Positions 39,828-48,898 of a stretch of DNA of 64,000 bases are shown piece by piece (the stretch's first letter is position 1; each line of letters begins with the position of its first letter). The translations under genes were made by a program, and so were the position numbers. The stretch lies in IMG/VR virus record IMGVR_UViG_3300046167_000912; one strand, written 5' to 3'. A model generated the notes under the pieces. That model saw only the letters and a list, made by a program, of their open reading frames with translations. It was not told where the DNA came from and made no database searches. The DNA comes from an uncultured virus (IMG/VR IMGVR_UViG_3300046167_000912) (taxonomy: Duplodnaviria; Heunggongvirae; Uroviricota; Caudoviricetes).

Positions 39828-40718
39828 TCAGTATCCGAGTTTCTCTTTGTTGATCATAATGAGCTTCTCGATGTGGGCGATCTGGTGCTTGAGTTTTGAG
39901 AGGGTGACACCCCTGCTCTCTGCCCATGCCTCAAGGTTTTCAAAGCCTCCACGACCTTCCACCATCTGCTTGTAAAGCTCATACCTGTTCGGTGCAATCT
40001 CTTCTCCGTAACTCCGTGCGAGTATTTTGTAGATTGCTTGATTGAGGGACTTTATCTCGAGCTGGTCTGATTCTTCGCCCTCGACGTAGTAGTCTGGCTC
40101 ACTCACCGTCTGACCACTCGCTTCCTCTATCTTATAAACCACCTTAGCTTGCTGGAAGCCGTGACGGTTCATGTTCTTGAAGTTATGTTGAGGGTCTTTG
40201 TTGTGTGTGATCTCGCTTTGGGTGCGAGCCCCGTAAGACCTTGCGAGAACGTCTTGAGCAGACTTCATGCAAGACCTTTGGATGAACTGTCTGTACCACC
40301 AATACAGAACTGACTTTTGAACTTTCTCTCCAACTTTTATCTTGGCTTGGAGAGTGTCTCGCTTTGCGAGACTCGCAACCCATGACATAAAGAAGTCCTC
40401 ATATTGAGGCTGTCCCAGATCACCTGTTGCGGGGTCTTGAGAGGCTGTCTTGATGCAGTATTCTCTCAAATCTTCGAATCGGTTCTTAAGAGGGTCGAAC
40501 AGCCATCTTTGAGTGAGATTCCACTCAGGGTTTGTCGCAGTTTTCTTCTCTGCTCGGCGACGTTTGCGTTCGTGCCTAAAAGAGGAAGTCTTTCTGTTAA
40601 GCTGTTCTAACTCAGACAAAAAGCAGAACTCTTCCACTGTATAGTGAGAGTGTTGTAACATAAAATGTCTCCACTGAGGGGTTAGGGTGTGTGCCGTGAA
40701 CATAGCGTCTTTGCACAC
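39828..40718 (-). CDS. Possible sigma-factor-like / C-terminal HTH protein
   Basis: About 290 aa, C-terminal WAESRGVTLSKLKHQI HTH-like; sigma70-type TTGCGT-N16-TATAAT upstream; function tentative. Confidence 0.45.
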   Translation of the reverse strand: MCKDAMFTAHTLTPQWRHFMLQHSHYTVEEFCFLSELEQLNRKTSSFRHERKRRRAEKKTATNPEWNLTQRWLFDPLKNRFEDLREYCIKTASQDPATGDLGQPQYEDFFMSWVASLAKRDTLQAKIKVGEKVQKSVLYWWYRQFIQRSCMKSAQDVLARSYGARTQSEITHNKDPQHNFKNMNRHGFQQAKVVYKIEEASGQTVSEPDYYVEGEESDQLEIKSLNQAIYKILARSYGEEIAPNRYELYKQMVEGRGGFENLEAWAESRGVTLSKLKHQIAHIEKLIMINKEKLGY

Positions 40719-40802
40719 TATGTATTATAGTTAGTTATCAAAAAAACGCAAGGGGGTTTGATAGTTTTTCTATCTCCCCTAATAGAAAAAAGGATCGGTA
40801 GT

Positions 40803-42611
40803 ATGAACTCACACGTCAAGCTGGCAGGGCTAATTTACCACAAAGGTGGAGAGAGCAGGCGGTTAGCCTTTGAGCTCCTTAAATATGCGGGTGGGGTCTC
40901 TAAAGAGGCATTCTTCGATAGCCTCACCAAAGGTATGAATAAGAAAGAGTCTCTCCCCTTCTTCTACTACACAGCTTGGGCGGCACTTTACGCTAAAGGG
41001 GAGATTGAAATAGAGCCTGAAGAATCCACTCTCCCTAGTAAGCTCAGGGAACTTCGCAAACAGCTTCGTAAAACAGACCCGAAAGCTGACCGCAAGATAT
41101 TAGCCTCATGGGAAAATGAGGGCAGTGTTGAATGGATTAACCTAGTGCAGAAGATGGGCTTTACCTTCAAGGGTACGTTTGAAGACTTGGGTACTGACCT
41201 CTTCGCGAGATACTTTTTGACAAGCCACCTCCAAAACAAAAGTAAGCCCGCCGCTTCTCGGTCTTCTGCGGGCAAGACCCAGAGCGAACTCAACGGAGGG
41301 GCGTGGTATAGGCTCAACAAAGACCCTAGTAAGTTTGATGATATCGCAAGTGCGATTAAATACTTGGGTAACTATATTAAGAGGGTATATGACCCTAAGA
41401 GTCCTCACTTCACGAAGAGGGAGGTTATACCTGGGGAACTCAAGGAAAAGAGATATCTTGTTGACATCGAATCGGGAGAGAACCCATACGGGGCTAACCT
41501 AGAAAACATCGAAGACACGAGAGAGTACGCGACACTCTCGGATGAGATGGAGATCCTTAACGGCATTGACCCCGTCAAAGCAGAGAAGCAACTTGAAGAC
41601 CTCATATCAAGAGCAATGGAGGGCAAGGTTCTCAAAGAGAACAAGCTATACACCTTAACTAAAGAGACTGTTGAAGCTAAGAAAGACCTGTTCTTCTTGT
41701 CGGCCACCGTGTGGAAAATGCTAGGAGAAGATTGGGCGATGCTCGTTGCGAAGAGGTGGGATGAAGACCTCGCCAGAGATATCATGATGACTTGTAGTGA
41801 GGTTTCTTCGATGAATCTGGCTCCTATGATGATCAAGCGTTACAAGTTCATGAACATATCTCAGCTTAAACTCTTTGCTAAGTTTGTAGATGACTGCATG
41901 AATGAAGATGCCGTTATCTACAGCCCTAAAGTCAAGACTGAGGTGAAGAAGGGTAAGTCTATATTCGGCAAAAAAATGAGACGGAAAACGAAGTCTATCC
42001 CCCAATGGGTCAATCTCTTCCTCGCGGTAAACGGAGGGTTTACTCATCAAGGTATCACGATTGAAGGCGACCTTCATAGTAGTGCTAAGAAGTGGGGGTC
42101 TTCCCTCGCAAAGGTTGCCGAAAATGCACTCAGCCCACGGGAGTATATGGCAGCACTATGGAATTCCTGTAAAGAATGTATTCCAACAAGCACTATACGA
42201 GTCAATAAGACGGACTTTGTTAAAACGATGATGGTTTATATTGAAGCGTACAACCAGATCCGTATAGAGAAGCAGGACGTGAGAGAAGCACAAGAGCTCT
42301 TCAAAAACAAGATGAAAACCTACTTCAAAGATTCAGATAAGAAGTATCCTTATTCTATCATAGCAACCCCGATGGCGGAAGGTGTACGCATGAGCCTAAT
42401 CCTCTCCGTGTTGCCTGATGAATTCAGGGGCAACTTAACCACTAATAACTATGTAGTATGTGCAGATGTACTTGAGAAGCTATTCAACATACCTCAGAAC
42501 ATAATCAACAGAGTAAGAGATTTGTCTTCCGAGCTAGTTGTCGATGATATCATCGACATTGTTGAGGGGGAAGTCCGCAATTCTAAATCAATACCCGTAT
42601 CCAAGCAGTGA
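40803..42611 (+). CDS. Large hypothetical protein with leader ending SKEA
   Basis: Start moved to ATG 40803; promoter motif 40762-40773. Confidence 0.75.
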   Translation: MNSHVKLAGLIYHKGGESRRLAFELLKYAGGVSKEAFFDSLTKGMNKKESLPFFYYTAWAALYAKGEIEIEPEESTLPSKLRELRKQLRKTDPKADRKILASWENEGSVEWINLVQKMGFTFKGTFEDLGTDLFARYFLTSHLQNKSKPAASRSSAGKTQSELNGGAWYRLNKDPSKFDDIASAIKYLGNYIKRVYDPKSPHFTKREVIPGELKEKRYLVDIESGENPYGANLENIEDTREYATLSDEMEILNGIDPVKAEKQLEDLISRAMEGKVLKENKLYTLTKETVEAKKDLFFLSATVWKMLGEDWAMLVAKRWDEDLARDIMMTCSEVSSMNLAPMMIKRYKFMNISQLKLFAKFVDDCMNEDAVIYSPKVKTEVKKGKSIFGKKMRRKTKSIPQWVNLFLAVNGGFTHQGITIEGDLHSSAKKWGSSLAKVAENALSPREYMAALWNSCKECIPTSTIRVNKTDFVKTMMVYIEAYNQIRIEKQDVREAQELFKNKMKTYFKDSDKKYPYSIIATPMAEGVRMSLILSVLPDEFRGNLTTNNYVVCADVLEKLFNIPQNIINRVRDLSSELVVDDIIDIVEGEVRNSKSIPVSKQ

Positions 42612-44014
42612 GAATGACTATGAATGTATCAACAGAGAGAATCGCAAGCCTGCACCTCGCACACCTACAGAAAGAAGCTTCAGTTACGAGGGGGATTGAA
42701 GATCTCGCGAAGAGGGCTGTCGTAGAAGACTTCAGACAGAAGGTTGTGGCTGTAGGCAAAAAGAAAGCGACTAAAGCATCAAACAAAGGTTGGGCTTGGG
42801 TTCTTAAGAATGAAGGCACAGACCTTGTTCAAGTAATCCGAGACGCGAAGAATTCTAAGTCTTCCTTTAACTCGAAAGACCCTCTAACTCGACTTCTGCA
42901 TATGACCTTGAGCAAGGTCTCTGATCCTTTTGAGAAGAACCGTATTGTCGGCGAGTTCTCTGAGAAGTACGCGAAGAAAGACATTGAGGGCATGGCCGAT
43001 GTCTTAGGTGTTGATCGTGATGTAGTCACGATCACTTTGCTATGGTACATGAGAGATGTCAAAGTGGCTAGTAAAGAAGCTAGGTCAAAAGTAAAAAATA
43101 GAGGCAAGTCTAAAAATAAGAGAAACAGGTCTAAGGGCAAAGCAAGACCTCGACAGAGAGATCCCGCACCCTCTTCAAGAAGAGATCCCGCACCCTCTTC
43201 AAGAAGAGATCCCGCACCCTCTTCAAGAAGAGATCCCGCACCCTCTTCAAGAAGAGATCCCGCACCGAAAGCTCAAGGGAAGCCGAGCCAAAAGCCCAAG
43301 GGTAAGAATCCTGTGTCGCCTGAGACAGGGAGGCCTCACTCACTTGATGGGAAAGATTATTTAGATAAGCAAGAGTATGAAGAGGTGAAAGAAGATATTC
43401 GAGAAGAGTTTGAAAGGTATTCTGGATTTACTTCGAAAGCATTGCGTCTCGCAAGCTATATCACAGGAGGGCCTGCTGTAGAGTGGTTAATCGACCTTCT
43501 CCCTAGAGGAGAGGTTCTCGCTAAACCAGCTAAGTGGGCTTGGTGGGCTTACTTAATTAAAAACAGTTGGACTGTGATATCGACAGTGGCAAATTGGTCT
43601 TCTGTCGCTTACAATTGGCTGATTAGTATCTCAGCTAAAAGCCTCCCTATGGTGTCTGGATTCTTGAAGGGGCTCATAGGAGGCTCATTTGGGACATGGT
43701 TTGCAGTCGCCTTCGTCGTACTTGGTTGCCTTGTCTTTGTGGCCAAAAAGGTAATACAGAAGTCAAGAACTTTCTCTGACGTAATGGGGCGGGCGACGGG
43801 TTGGCAGAAAGCTAAGTTAGGCTTCTTCTGGGTTTGGAATACTATTAAGTCCGCGATATCAGGCGTTTTGAACGCTGGTAATTACGTCAGAGATGAAATA
43901 CTAGACTATGTCCGCGATAACGCAAGTATGTTCAACTACCTAATAAGAAAGCATGACGTAGACGAAGACTCTGCACCTCCAGAAATTAATGAAGCTTTAG
44001 CAGAGGCTAGTTGA
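42608..44014 (+). CDS. Tagged multi-TM protein with RDPAPSSR repeats
   Basis: ERIASLHLAHLQKEAS; paralog block with 30254..31258. Confidence 0.8.
   Translation: MRMTMNVSTERIASLHLAHLQKEASVTRGIEDLAKRAVVEDFRQKVVAVGKKKATKASNKGWAWVLKNEGTDLVQVIRDAKNSKSSFNSKDPLTRLLHMTLSKVSDPFEKNRIVGEFSEKYAKKDIEGMADVLGVDRDVVTITLLWYMRDVKVASKEARSKVKNRGKSKNKRNRSKGKARPRQRDPAPSSRRDPAPSSRRDPAPSSRRDPAPSSRRDPAPKAQGKPSQKPKGKNPVSPETGRPHSLDGKDYLDKQEYEEVKEDIREEFERYSGFTSKALRLASYITGGPAVEWLIDLLPRGEVLAKPAKWAWWAYLIKNSWTVISTVANWSSVAYNWLISISAKSLPMVSGFLKGLIGGSFGTWFAVAFVVLGCLVFVAKKVIQKSRTFSDVMGRATGWQKAKLGFFWVWNTIKSAISGVLNAGNYVRDEILDYVRDNASMFNYLIRKHDVDEDSAPPEINEALAEAS
43157..43266 (+). repeat. Perfect in-frame 24-nt tandem repeat x4.6
   Basis: AGAGATCCCGCACCCTCTTCAAGA. 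Confidence 0.95.
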
Positions 44015-44088
44015 TGCTAAGAAATTAATCGTTTTATACTCCTTTTATACCTTATCTCACTTGACTAAAGTGGGAGTGTATAAAAACT

Positions 44089-44718
44089 ATGAGACAACTA
44101 ACAGCATCACAGAAAATCGCGATTCTTGAAAACAAGGTTGCCCAGCTTGAAAAGCAAGCTATGTTCAATAAGATAAGATCTTTGTTCTCTAGACTGAAGC
44201 CCCTCAAAGAAGCAAGCCGTGCTTTAGAAGACCTCGGCCTTAAGCCTCAAGAGCTTATGCGTAAGCAAAGCAAGGTTTCAAGGACAAAGATGTACAGGCA
44301 ACTTGACAAGAGTCTTCGAGGGAAGTCTCATGAACAAAAGATAAAGACCCTCTCAGGTATGCTTATGGACAGAGACAATCTTGAAGTTCTCGAGTCCAAG
44401 TATGGTGTTAAGTATCTAGGGCCAAGCAAGCAGGCATCTGTTACCCTAGCATTGGGTATGGCGACACCTGAAGAATTCATTATTGGACTAGGACTGTGTC
44501 TAGGATTAATTTTAATAGGGACTTGCTCTGCTTATCTTGCAGACGTGGTGAAAGACCTCATATCAAAGGTAGATAGGAATCTCCTCGGTAAAGGATTTCT
44601 ATCTAACTTGACGGGTTCTTGGGCGTTGCTCGTACTCAAAATCCTCTATTACCCACTAAAAGGGATAAGTACCTTGGCAAAAGCCATTGCCTCCCTGATC
44701 GGTCAGGGTATTTCGTGA
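44089..44718 (+). CDS. MRQLTAS-tagged membrane protein
   Basis: MRQLTASQKIAILENKVAQLEKQA; KQAS followed by hydrophobic helices. Confidence 0.85.
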   Translation: MRQLTASQKIAILENKVAQLEKQAMFNKIRSLFSRLKPLKEASRALEDLGLKPQELMRKQSKVSRTKMYRQLDKSLRGKSHEQKIKTLSGMLMDRDNLEVLESKYGVKYLGPSKQASVTLALGMATPEEFIIGLGLCLGLILIGTCSAYLADVVKDLISKVDRNLLGKGFLSNLTGSWALLVLKILYYPLKGISTLAKAIASLIGQGIS

Positions 44719-44906
44719 CGGCACCCTCCAGATCACATAAGAGAATAAAGACAACTTCTTTACTGAGACGATGAAGTGAACACCCCATTTTGGGAGGGTT
44801 CTCGAACAGCAAACACATTAAACCTAGCAGTGAAATATGACCCCCTAATAACCTCTTTATTAAGAGAAGAGGGGTTAGGGATCACGTTTACTAAGAAAGA
44901 CCAAAA

Positions 44907-45674
44907 ATGAAGTACGATCAAAAAGAATATGAAGACATCATAAAGGGATCAGGGCCTGTGTTGGACTTCAAGGATGCTGACCTGAGGAGAATCACAGACT
45001 TAGCCCCTGATTCTTTGCTAGACAACCAATCCATCGAGGAAATAACGTTTGAAAACGCACGGCTTCCTAAATACTTCATTAAAAAGATTGTGTCCCAACG
45101 GGGTGCTTATGATGAAGTCTTCGCTGATATGTTTGGCGGAAAAGACCTTGAAGTAGACTTTACGGGGGCGGATTTCTCCTCTGCCCAACTCAACACACCA
45201 TTAGCTAGAGGCAACTTCTATCATGCAGGCTTTATCATCAAAAGAGCCAAGTTCATGTGGGATAACGGTAAGATTGACCCCGTAGAGCATAGAGCTTGGA
45301 GGTCTGACGCTCAGAGAAAAGATCTTGAAGAAAAGGTAGACGCTCTCCTTGAAGAGTCCGCAATCAATGAGGGGAACGACTCTAAGATCGAGAGGATAGC
45401 TGTCGATTTAAGTGAACTATTTGAGACCCACCCTTTCATCGCAGAGAAATATTACTTCACCTATGACGAAAGGGAGGGTCTCAAAGACTTAAGTGCCGCT
45501 CTTGAAGCGTACAAAAGTAGAGCCTATAAGACTCTCGCCTCCGACTATTCTCTGGGCAGAAAAATTAAAAGGTTTTTCAAGGGTAAGAGAGCATCTCAAG
45601 TACGTGTTGCGTCTCAGATGCTTAATGAGCTGAAGTCTGAAATCCGAGATCTTAAAAGAGACCTAGAAGATTAG
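44907..45674 (+). CDS. Degenerate pentapeptide protein with C-terminal tag
   Basis: DFTGADFSSAQLN; ends GKRASQVRVASQMLNELKSEIRDLKRDLED. Confidence 0.85.
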   Translation: MKYDQKEYEDIIKGSGPVLDFKDADLRRITDLAPDSLLDNQSIEEITFENARLPKYFIKKIVSQRGAYDEVFADMFGGKDLEVDFTGADFSSAQLNTPLARGNFYHAGFIIKRAKFMWDNGKIDPVEHRAWRSDAQRKDLEEKVDALLEESAINEGNDSKIERIAVDLSELFETHPFIAEKYYFTYDEREGLKDLSAALEAYKSRAYKTLASDYSLGRKIKRFFKGKRASQVRVASQMLNELKSEIRDLKRDLED

Positions 45675-46063
45675 ACGAAGTATTCATTTTCTTGATTGGT
45701 ATTAGGGTAAAGATTCTTCATAGAGACAACGAAGTTCTCACCTGTCTGATAGAGCCAATCTCTGTCGTCGATGACAATCTCTGCCTGCCACAAAACTTGG
45801 CTCTCGCCCTCTTCCAAAGAAAAGTGTGTGACAGGGAAGATCACTTTCACTTCAGGTTTACCTGCGAGTGTCTTGCGGGGGATCAAGGCCATGCGACCCA
45901 AAACCTTACCGCCCCGTATCTTCCTATATAGGCACACGTTTTCCTTAAGCTCTTTTAGGGTGTCCCTGATTAAGCTTCCAATTTCTTTGTCCGAATACCT
46001 GTAAGCCACCTTCTCGGCTCGTAGGGTGTCGGGGGTGTGTGTAAAACTGATGTTAATATCCAT
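45671..46063 (-). CDS. Hypothetical protein
   Basis: 130 aa, AAAGGA SD. Confidence 0.65.
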   Translation of the reverse strand: MDINISFTHTPDTLRAEKVAYRYSDKEIGSLIRDTLKELKENVCLYRKIRGGKVLGRMALIPRKTLAGKPEVKVIFPVTHFSLEEGESQVLWQAEIVIDDRDWLYQTGENFVVSMKNLYPNTNQENEYFV

Positions 46064-46171
46064 GTTGTAAAGTCCTTTCTGTCCCCCTCTTATAGGAAAG
46101 TGGCTTGCAATGTAATATTTCTTTTATAGTCAGCCCTCCTTTGTTAGAAAATAGCGAAGGAGAAGCCTACT

Positions 46172-46813
46172 ATGAGACAACTCACAGCATCACAGAAAAT
46201 CGCTGTTCTTGAGAACAGAGTCGCCCAACTTGAGAAGCAGGCTCGTGCCACAGAGTATAATGTATCCTTCGGATACACTATACACAAATCTCCTAAACAT
46301 GATATTGAGGACATGGCAGAGATCGTAGATGCCAAGATTAAGAATTTCCTCACATCCAAAGGGGCGAAGGTAAAAGAACCCCTCAAGTATTCGCATGATG
46401 TTTACAAACCAGAGTTTGGAGGGTCTTATATCGTCGATGCAAAGCCCGACTTTGACTTCAAAGAAGAATTTGAAAAGCTATTCAATATTGAAGGTGAGGT
46501 AGTAGAGGTCTATTTCTCCGTTGTCAGAAATACTATAGATCTTGAGATCCTCGCACAAGTCCGTAAGCCGAGAAGTATTACACCTGATGTCTGGAATGCA
46601 ATGATACACGACCCCTTGACTCTTGAGATTCAAGAGACTTTGATTGAAAACGGATTTAATGAGGACGTGGCTTTCTACCTCCCTATAGCGAGAAGTCCTC
46701 AGAAATTTACTTGGAGATGGTCTGGTTCAATTAGGGTTGAACAATTCCATAAGCTCAAAAAACGCAAGAAGTTGCCTTCAGGTAACATAGTGACTTTCAG
46801 ATACAAAAAATAA
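46172..46813 (+). CDS. MRQLTAS-tagged soluble protein
   Basis: MRQLTASQKIAVLENRVAQLEKQA; AAGGAG SD. Confidence 0.85.
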   Translation: MRQLTASQKIAVLENRVAQLEKQARATEYNVSFGYTIHKSPKHDIEDMAEIVDAKIKNFLTSKGAKVKEPLKYSHDVYKPEFGGSYIVDAKPDFDFKEEFEKLFNIEGEVVEVYFSVVRNTIDLEILAQVRKPRSITPDVWNAMIHDPLTLEIQETLIENGFNEDVAFYLPIARSPQKFTWRWSGSIRVEQFHKLKKRKKLPSGNIVTFRYKK

Positions 46814-46834
46814 TAAAAAAAGGAGAATCCTACT

Positions 46835-47752
46835 ATGAGACAACTCACAGCATCACAGAAAATCGCGACCCTTGAGAACAGGGTAGCCCATCTTGAAAAA
46901 CAAGCTATGCTTGACAGCCTTAAGGCTAAGGCCGTTGAAGCGATGGAGCCTTTTAAGAGACTCTTCCCTGAAACCAAGAAGATCATTAAAGACACCAGAA
47001 AGAACCCAAAGCAGATCGCTAAAGACTACATGAAGGTGAGAAATAACTCGGACTTCAAGAAGGCGGTCAAACAGGTTCAAAAAGAAGCAGGTAGCTCTCC
47101 TGTTAAACAAGTCGCTTATGTTATTGATGTTTACAAGAGTGGGGAGCTTGAGTCTTCAAGAAGAGCATCCATGAGAAGAAGAGGTAGTGCTTTACTTGCA
47201 TTAACTATTCTAGCTAAATCCGCAGGTATAGCAGGGTCTCTGATTGCGATACTTTGTATCGCAGACATCTGTTATCAGTGGGTTGTGAGCAAGATACCTT
47301 TTAGAAAAGCTTCAATGAGTAAAGAAGCGTCAGGTCTTTTATATACCTTCGCATTAATATCAATTATTGTGAGTTCGTTCTATTTTGTAAACTTGGGTCA
47401 CCGACACTTTTTGGAGTATCTTGAGAGGGATGAAAAGGAAAAAAAGGATTATTTACACAAGACTCTCGAATCTCTTTTTGAGGATTTTTTCGAGAGTGTA
47501 GATTTCAGCAATGTAAATTATTTCCCATCCGTATCTTCAGCTGCTAAATTTCAGGGTTATGCTTATTTCGGATCGGAAGAAAGAGGAGTATCGGGTTTCA
47601 TTTTTTCTGATTATAATAAATTCAGTGTGAACATAGATGGTTTAATTGTCTACTTTGATCGTATGGATCCTCCTTTACTTAATAAAAAAAATAGACGTAC
47701 TATGAGTTTCCAACTTCGTAGTTTAGACCTTCACCCTCTTGTTAAGAGATAA
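46835..47752 (+). CDS. MRQLTAS-tagged membrane protein with internal RRAS/RKAS/KEAS sites
   Basis: MRQLTASQKIATLENRVAHLEKQA; AT-rich 3' part. Confidence 0.85.
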   Translation: MRQLTASQKIATLENRVAHLEKQAMLDSLKAKAVEAMEPFKRLFPETKKIIKDTRKNPKQIAKDYMKVRNNSDFKKAVKQVQKEAGSSPVKQVAYVIDVYKSGELESSRRASMRRRGSALLALTILAKSAGIAGSLIAILCIADICYQWVVSKIPFRKASMSKEASGLLYTFALISIIVSSFYFVNLGHRHFLEYLERDEKEKKDYLHKTLESLFEDFFESVDFSNVNYFPSVSSAAKFQGYAYFGSEERGVSGFIFSDYNKFSVNIDGLIVYFDRMDPPLLNKKNRRTMSFQLRSLDLHPLVKR

Positions 47753-47763
47753 AGGAGGGTCGC

Positions 47764-48729
47764 ATGGCTGTAGCTTTCAAGAGAAATCAAATATTAGGTA
47801 GGGGTGATCTTGACATCTTCCTCACCAACTCAAATGGGAACGTGGCGAACGCGGCTGAGATCACATATGCTCTCTACTTCGTTGAACCAGGTCCTCCAGA
47901 GGCAGATGTCCTCATAGGTGACCCGCAACGTGTACCTGAGAACCCCTCTGTAGGTGAATACTACGCCTCTGTTCGCATACCCAATACCGCGACTTATGGC
48001 AGATACCGTATAAGGTGGACTCTCAAAGAGTTTGTGAACAGTAACCCTCAGACCGTGGTGCAAGAGTTCGGAGCGGTCGCCGAGAACGCTGTTTTAGGTC
48101 TACAGCTCACAGAGGCACAGAAGTCTATGATCTATAAGTTGCGTATGCTCCTCAGAGACCAGAACCCTGATAAATATTACCATTTTCGACCACCAGAGCA
48201 TGAAGCTAACATAGGTTCTTACAATCGTGTCTTTGGTCAAGTGTGGGAAGATGAAGAGATGCTTGAGTATCTTGAGAGGGCTTTAGATTGGTGGAACATG
48301 CAACCTCCTGAGACAGAGGATCTCGCTACACTAGACCGACTCGTATCTAGTAAGCCTGCATGGAGAACTCCAATAATTCAGGGAGCTATTCAGTTTGCGG
48401 CTATGGCTCTACAAGCGAATTGGATCGTGGATGAGTTTGACTACAGTATAGGAGGCATCTCTCTTAACATAGACCGTAGCTCAAAGTATGAAAGCCTCAA
48501 GTCTTCTGCAGAACAGATGTGGTCTCAGTCTGTTGAAGCAAAGACTCGAACCACCAAATTCATTAGGGGTCTACGTCAACCCAAATATGGCGTGGGGATA
48601 AGGAGTGCCTTCGGACCGCATGTCGGTCGGGGCGTTCTTTCACCCAGAAACTTTCTGGTTTTCCCTTTATTTCTAGGTACTTACGAGATGATTTCGGAGT
48701 TTTTGAGTGTGGCTCAAGGGGTCATCTAA
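47764..48729 (+). CDS. Putative neck/head-tail connector protein
   Basis: Ig-like N-terminus then LRMLLRD...WEDEEMLEYLERAL...DYSIGGISLNIDRS, adaptor-like pattern; AAGGAGG SD. Confidence 0.55.
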   Translation: MAVAFKRNQILGRGDLDIFLTNSNGNVANAAEITYALYFVEPGPPEADVLIGDPQRVPENPSVGEYYASVRIPNTATYGRYRIRWTLKEFVNSNPQTVVQEFGAVAENAVLGLQLTEAQKSMIYKLRMLLRDQNPDKYYHFRPPEHEANIGSYNRVFGQVWEDEEMLEYLERALDWWNMQPPETEDLATLDRLVSSKPAWRTPIIQGAIQFAAMALQANWIVDEFDYSIGGISLNIDRSSKYESLKSSAEQMWSQSVEAKTRTTKFIRGLRQPKYGVGIRSAFGPHVGRGVLSPRNFLVFPLFLGTYEMISEFLSVAQGVI

Positions 48730-48793
48730 GAACCTAATAATATGAGGAGGTGCTTTAGACAGCACTTTAACCCTTAATTTCGACTGCTACCAT

Positions 48794-48826
48794 GCACATA
48801 TTCCAGCTTTGGGTATGTGCTTTTTT
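48794..48826 (+). terminator. Rho-independent terminator
   Basis: GCACATATTCC...GGGTATGTGC followed by T6. Confidence 0.75.
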
Positions 48827-48898
48827 GTCGTGGCACGCCTTTATCTTATAATACCGACTTCTAAACAAGGGATGTCACAAGATAAAGGTGTATAGCAA

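Noticed and set aside
43157..43266. 24-nt repeats here and at 9306-9553 as possible CRISPR arrays
   Set aside because: Head-to-tail, no spacers, in-frame within CDS; no cas genes
48740..48835. Nested hairpins as a riboswitch or ncRNA
   Set aside because: No recognisable aptamer; explained by a terminator plus the neighbouring promoter
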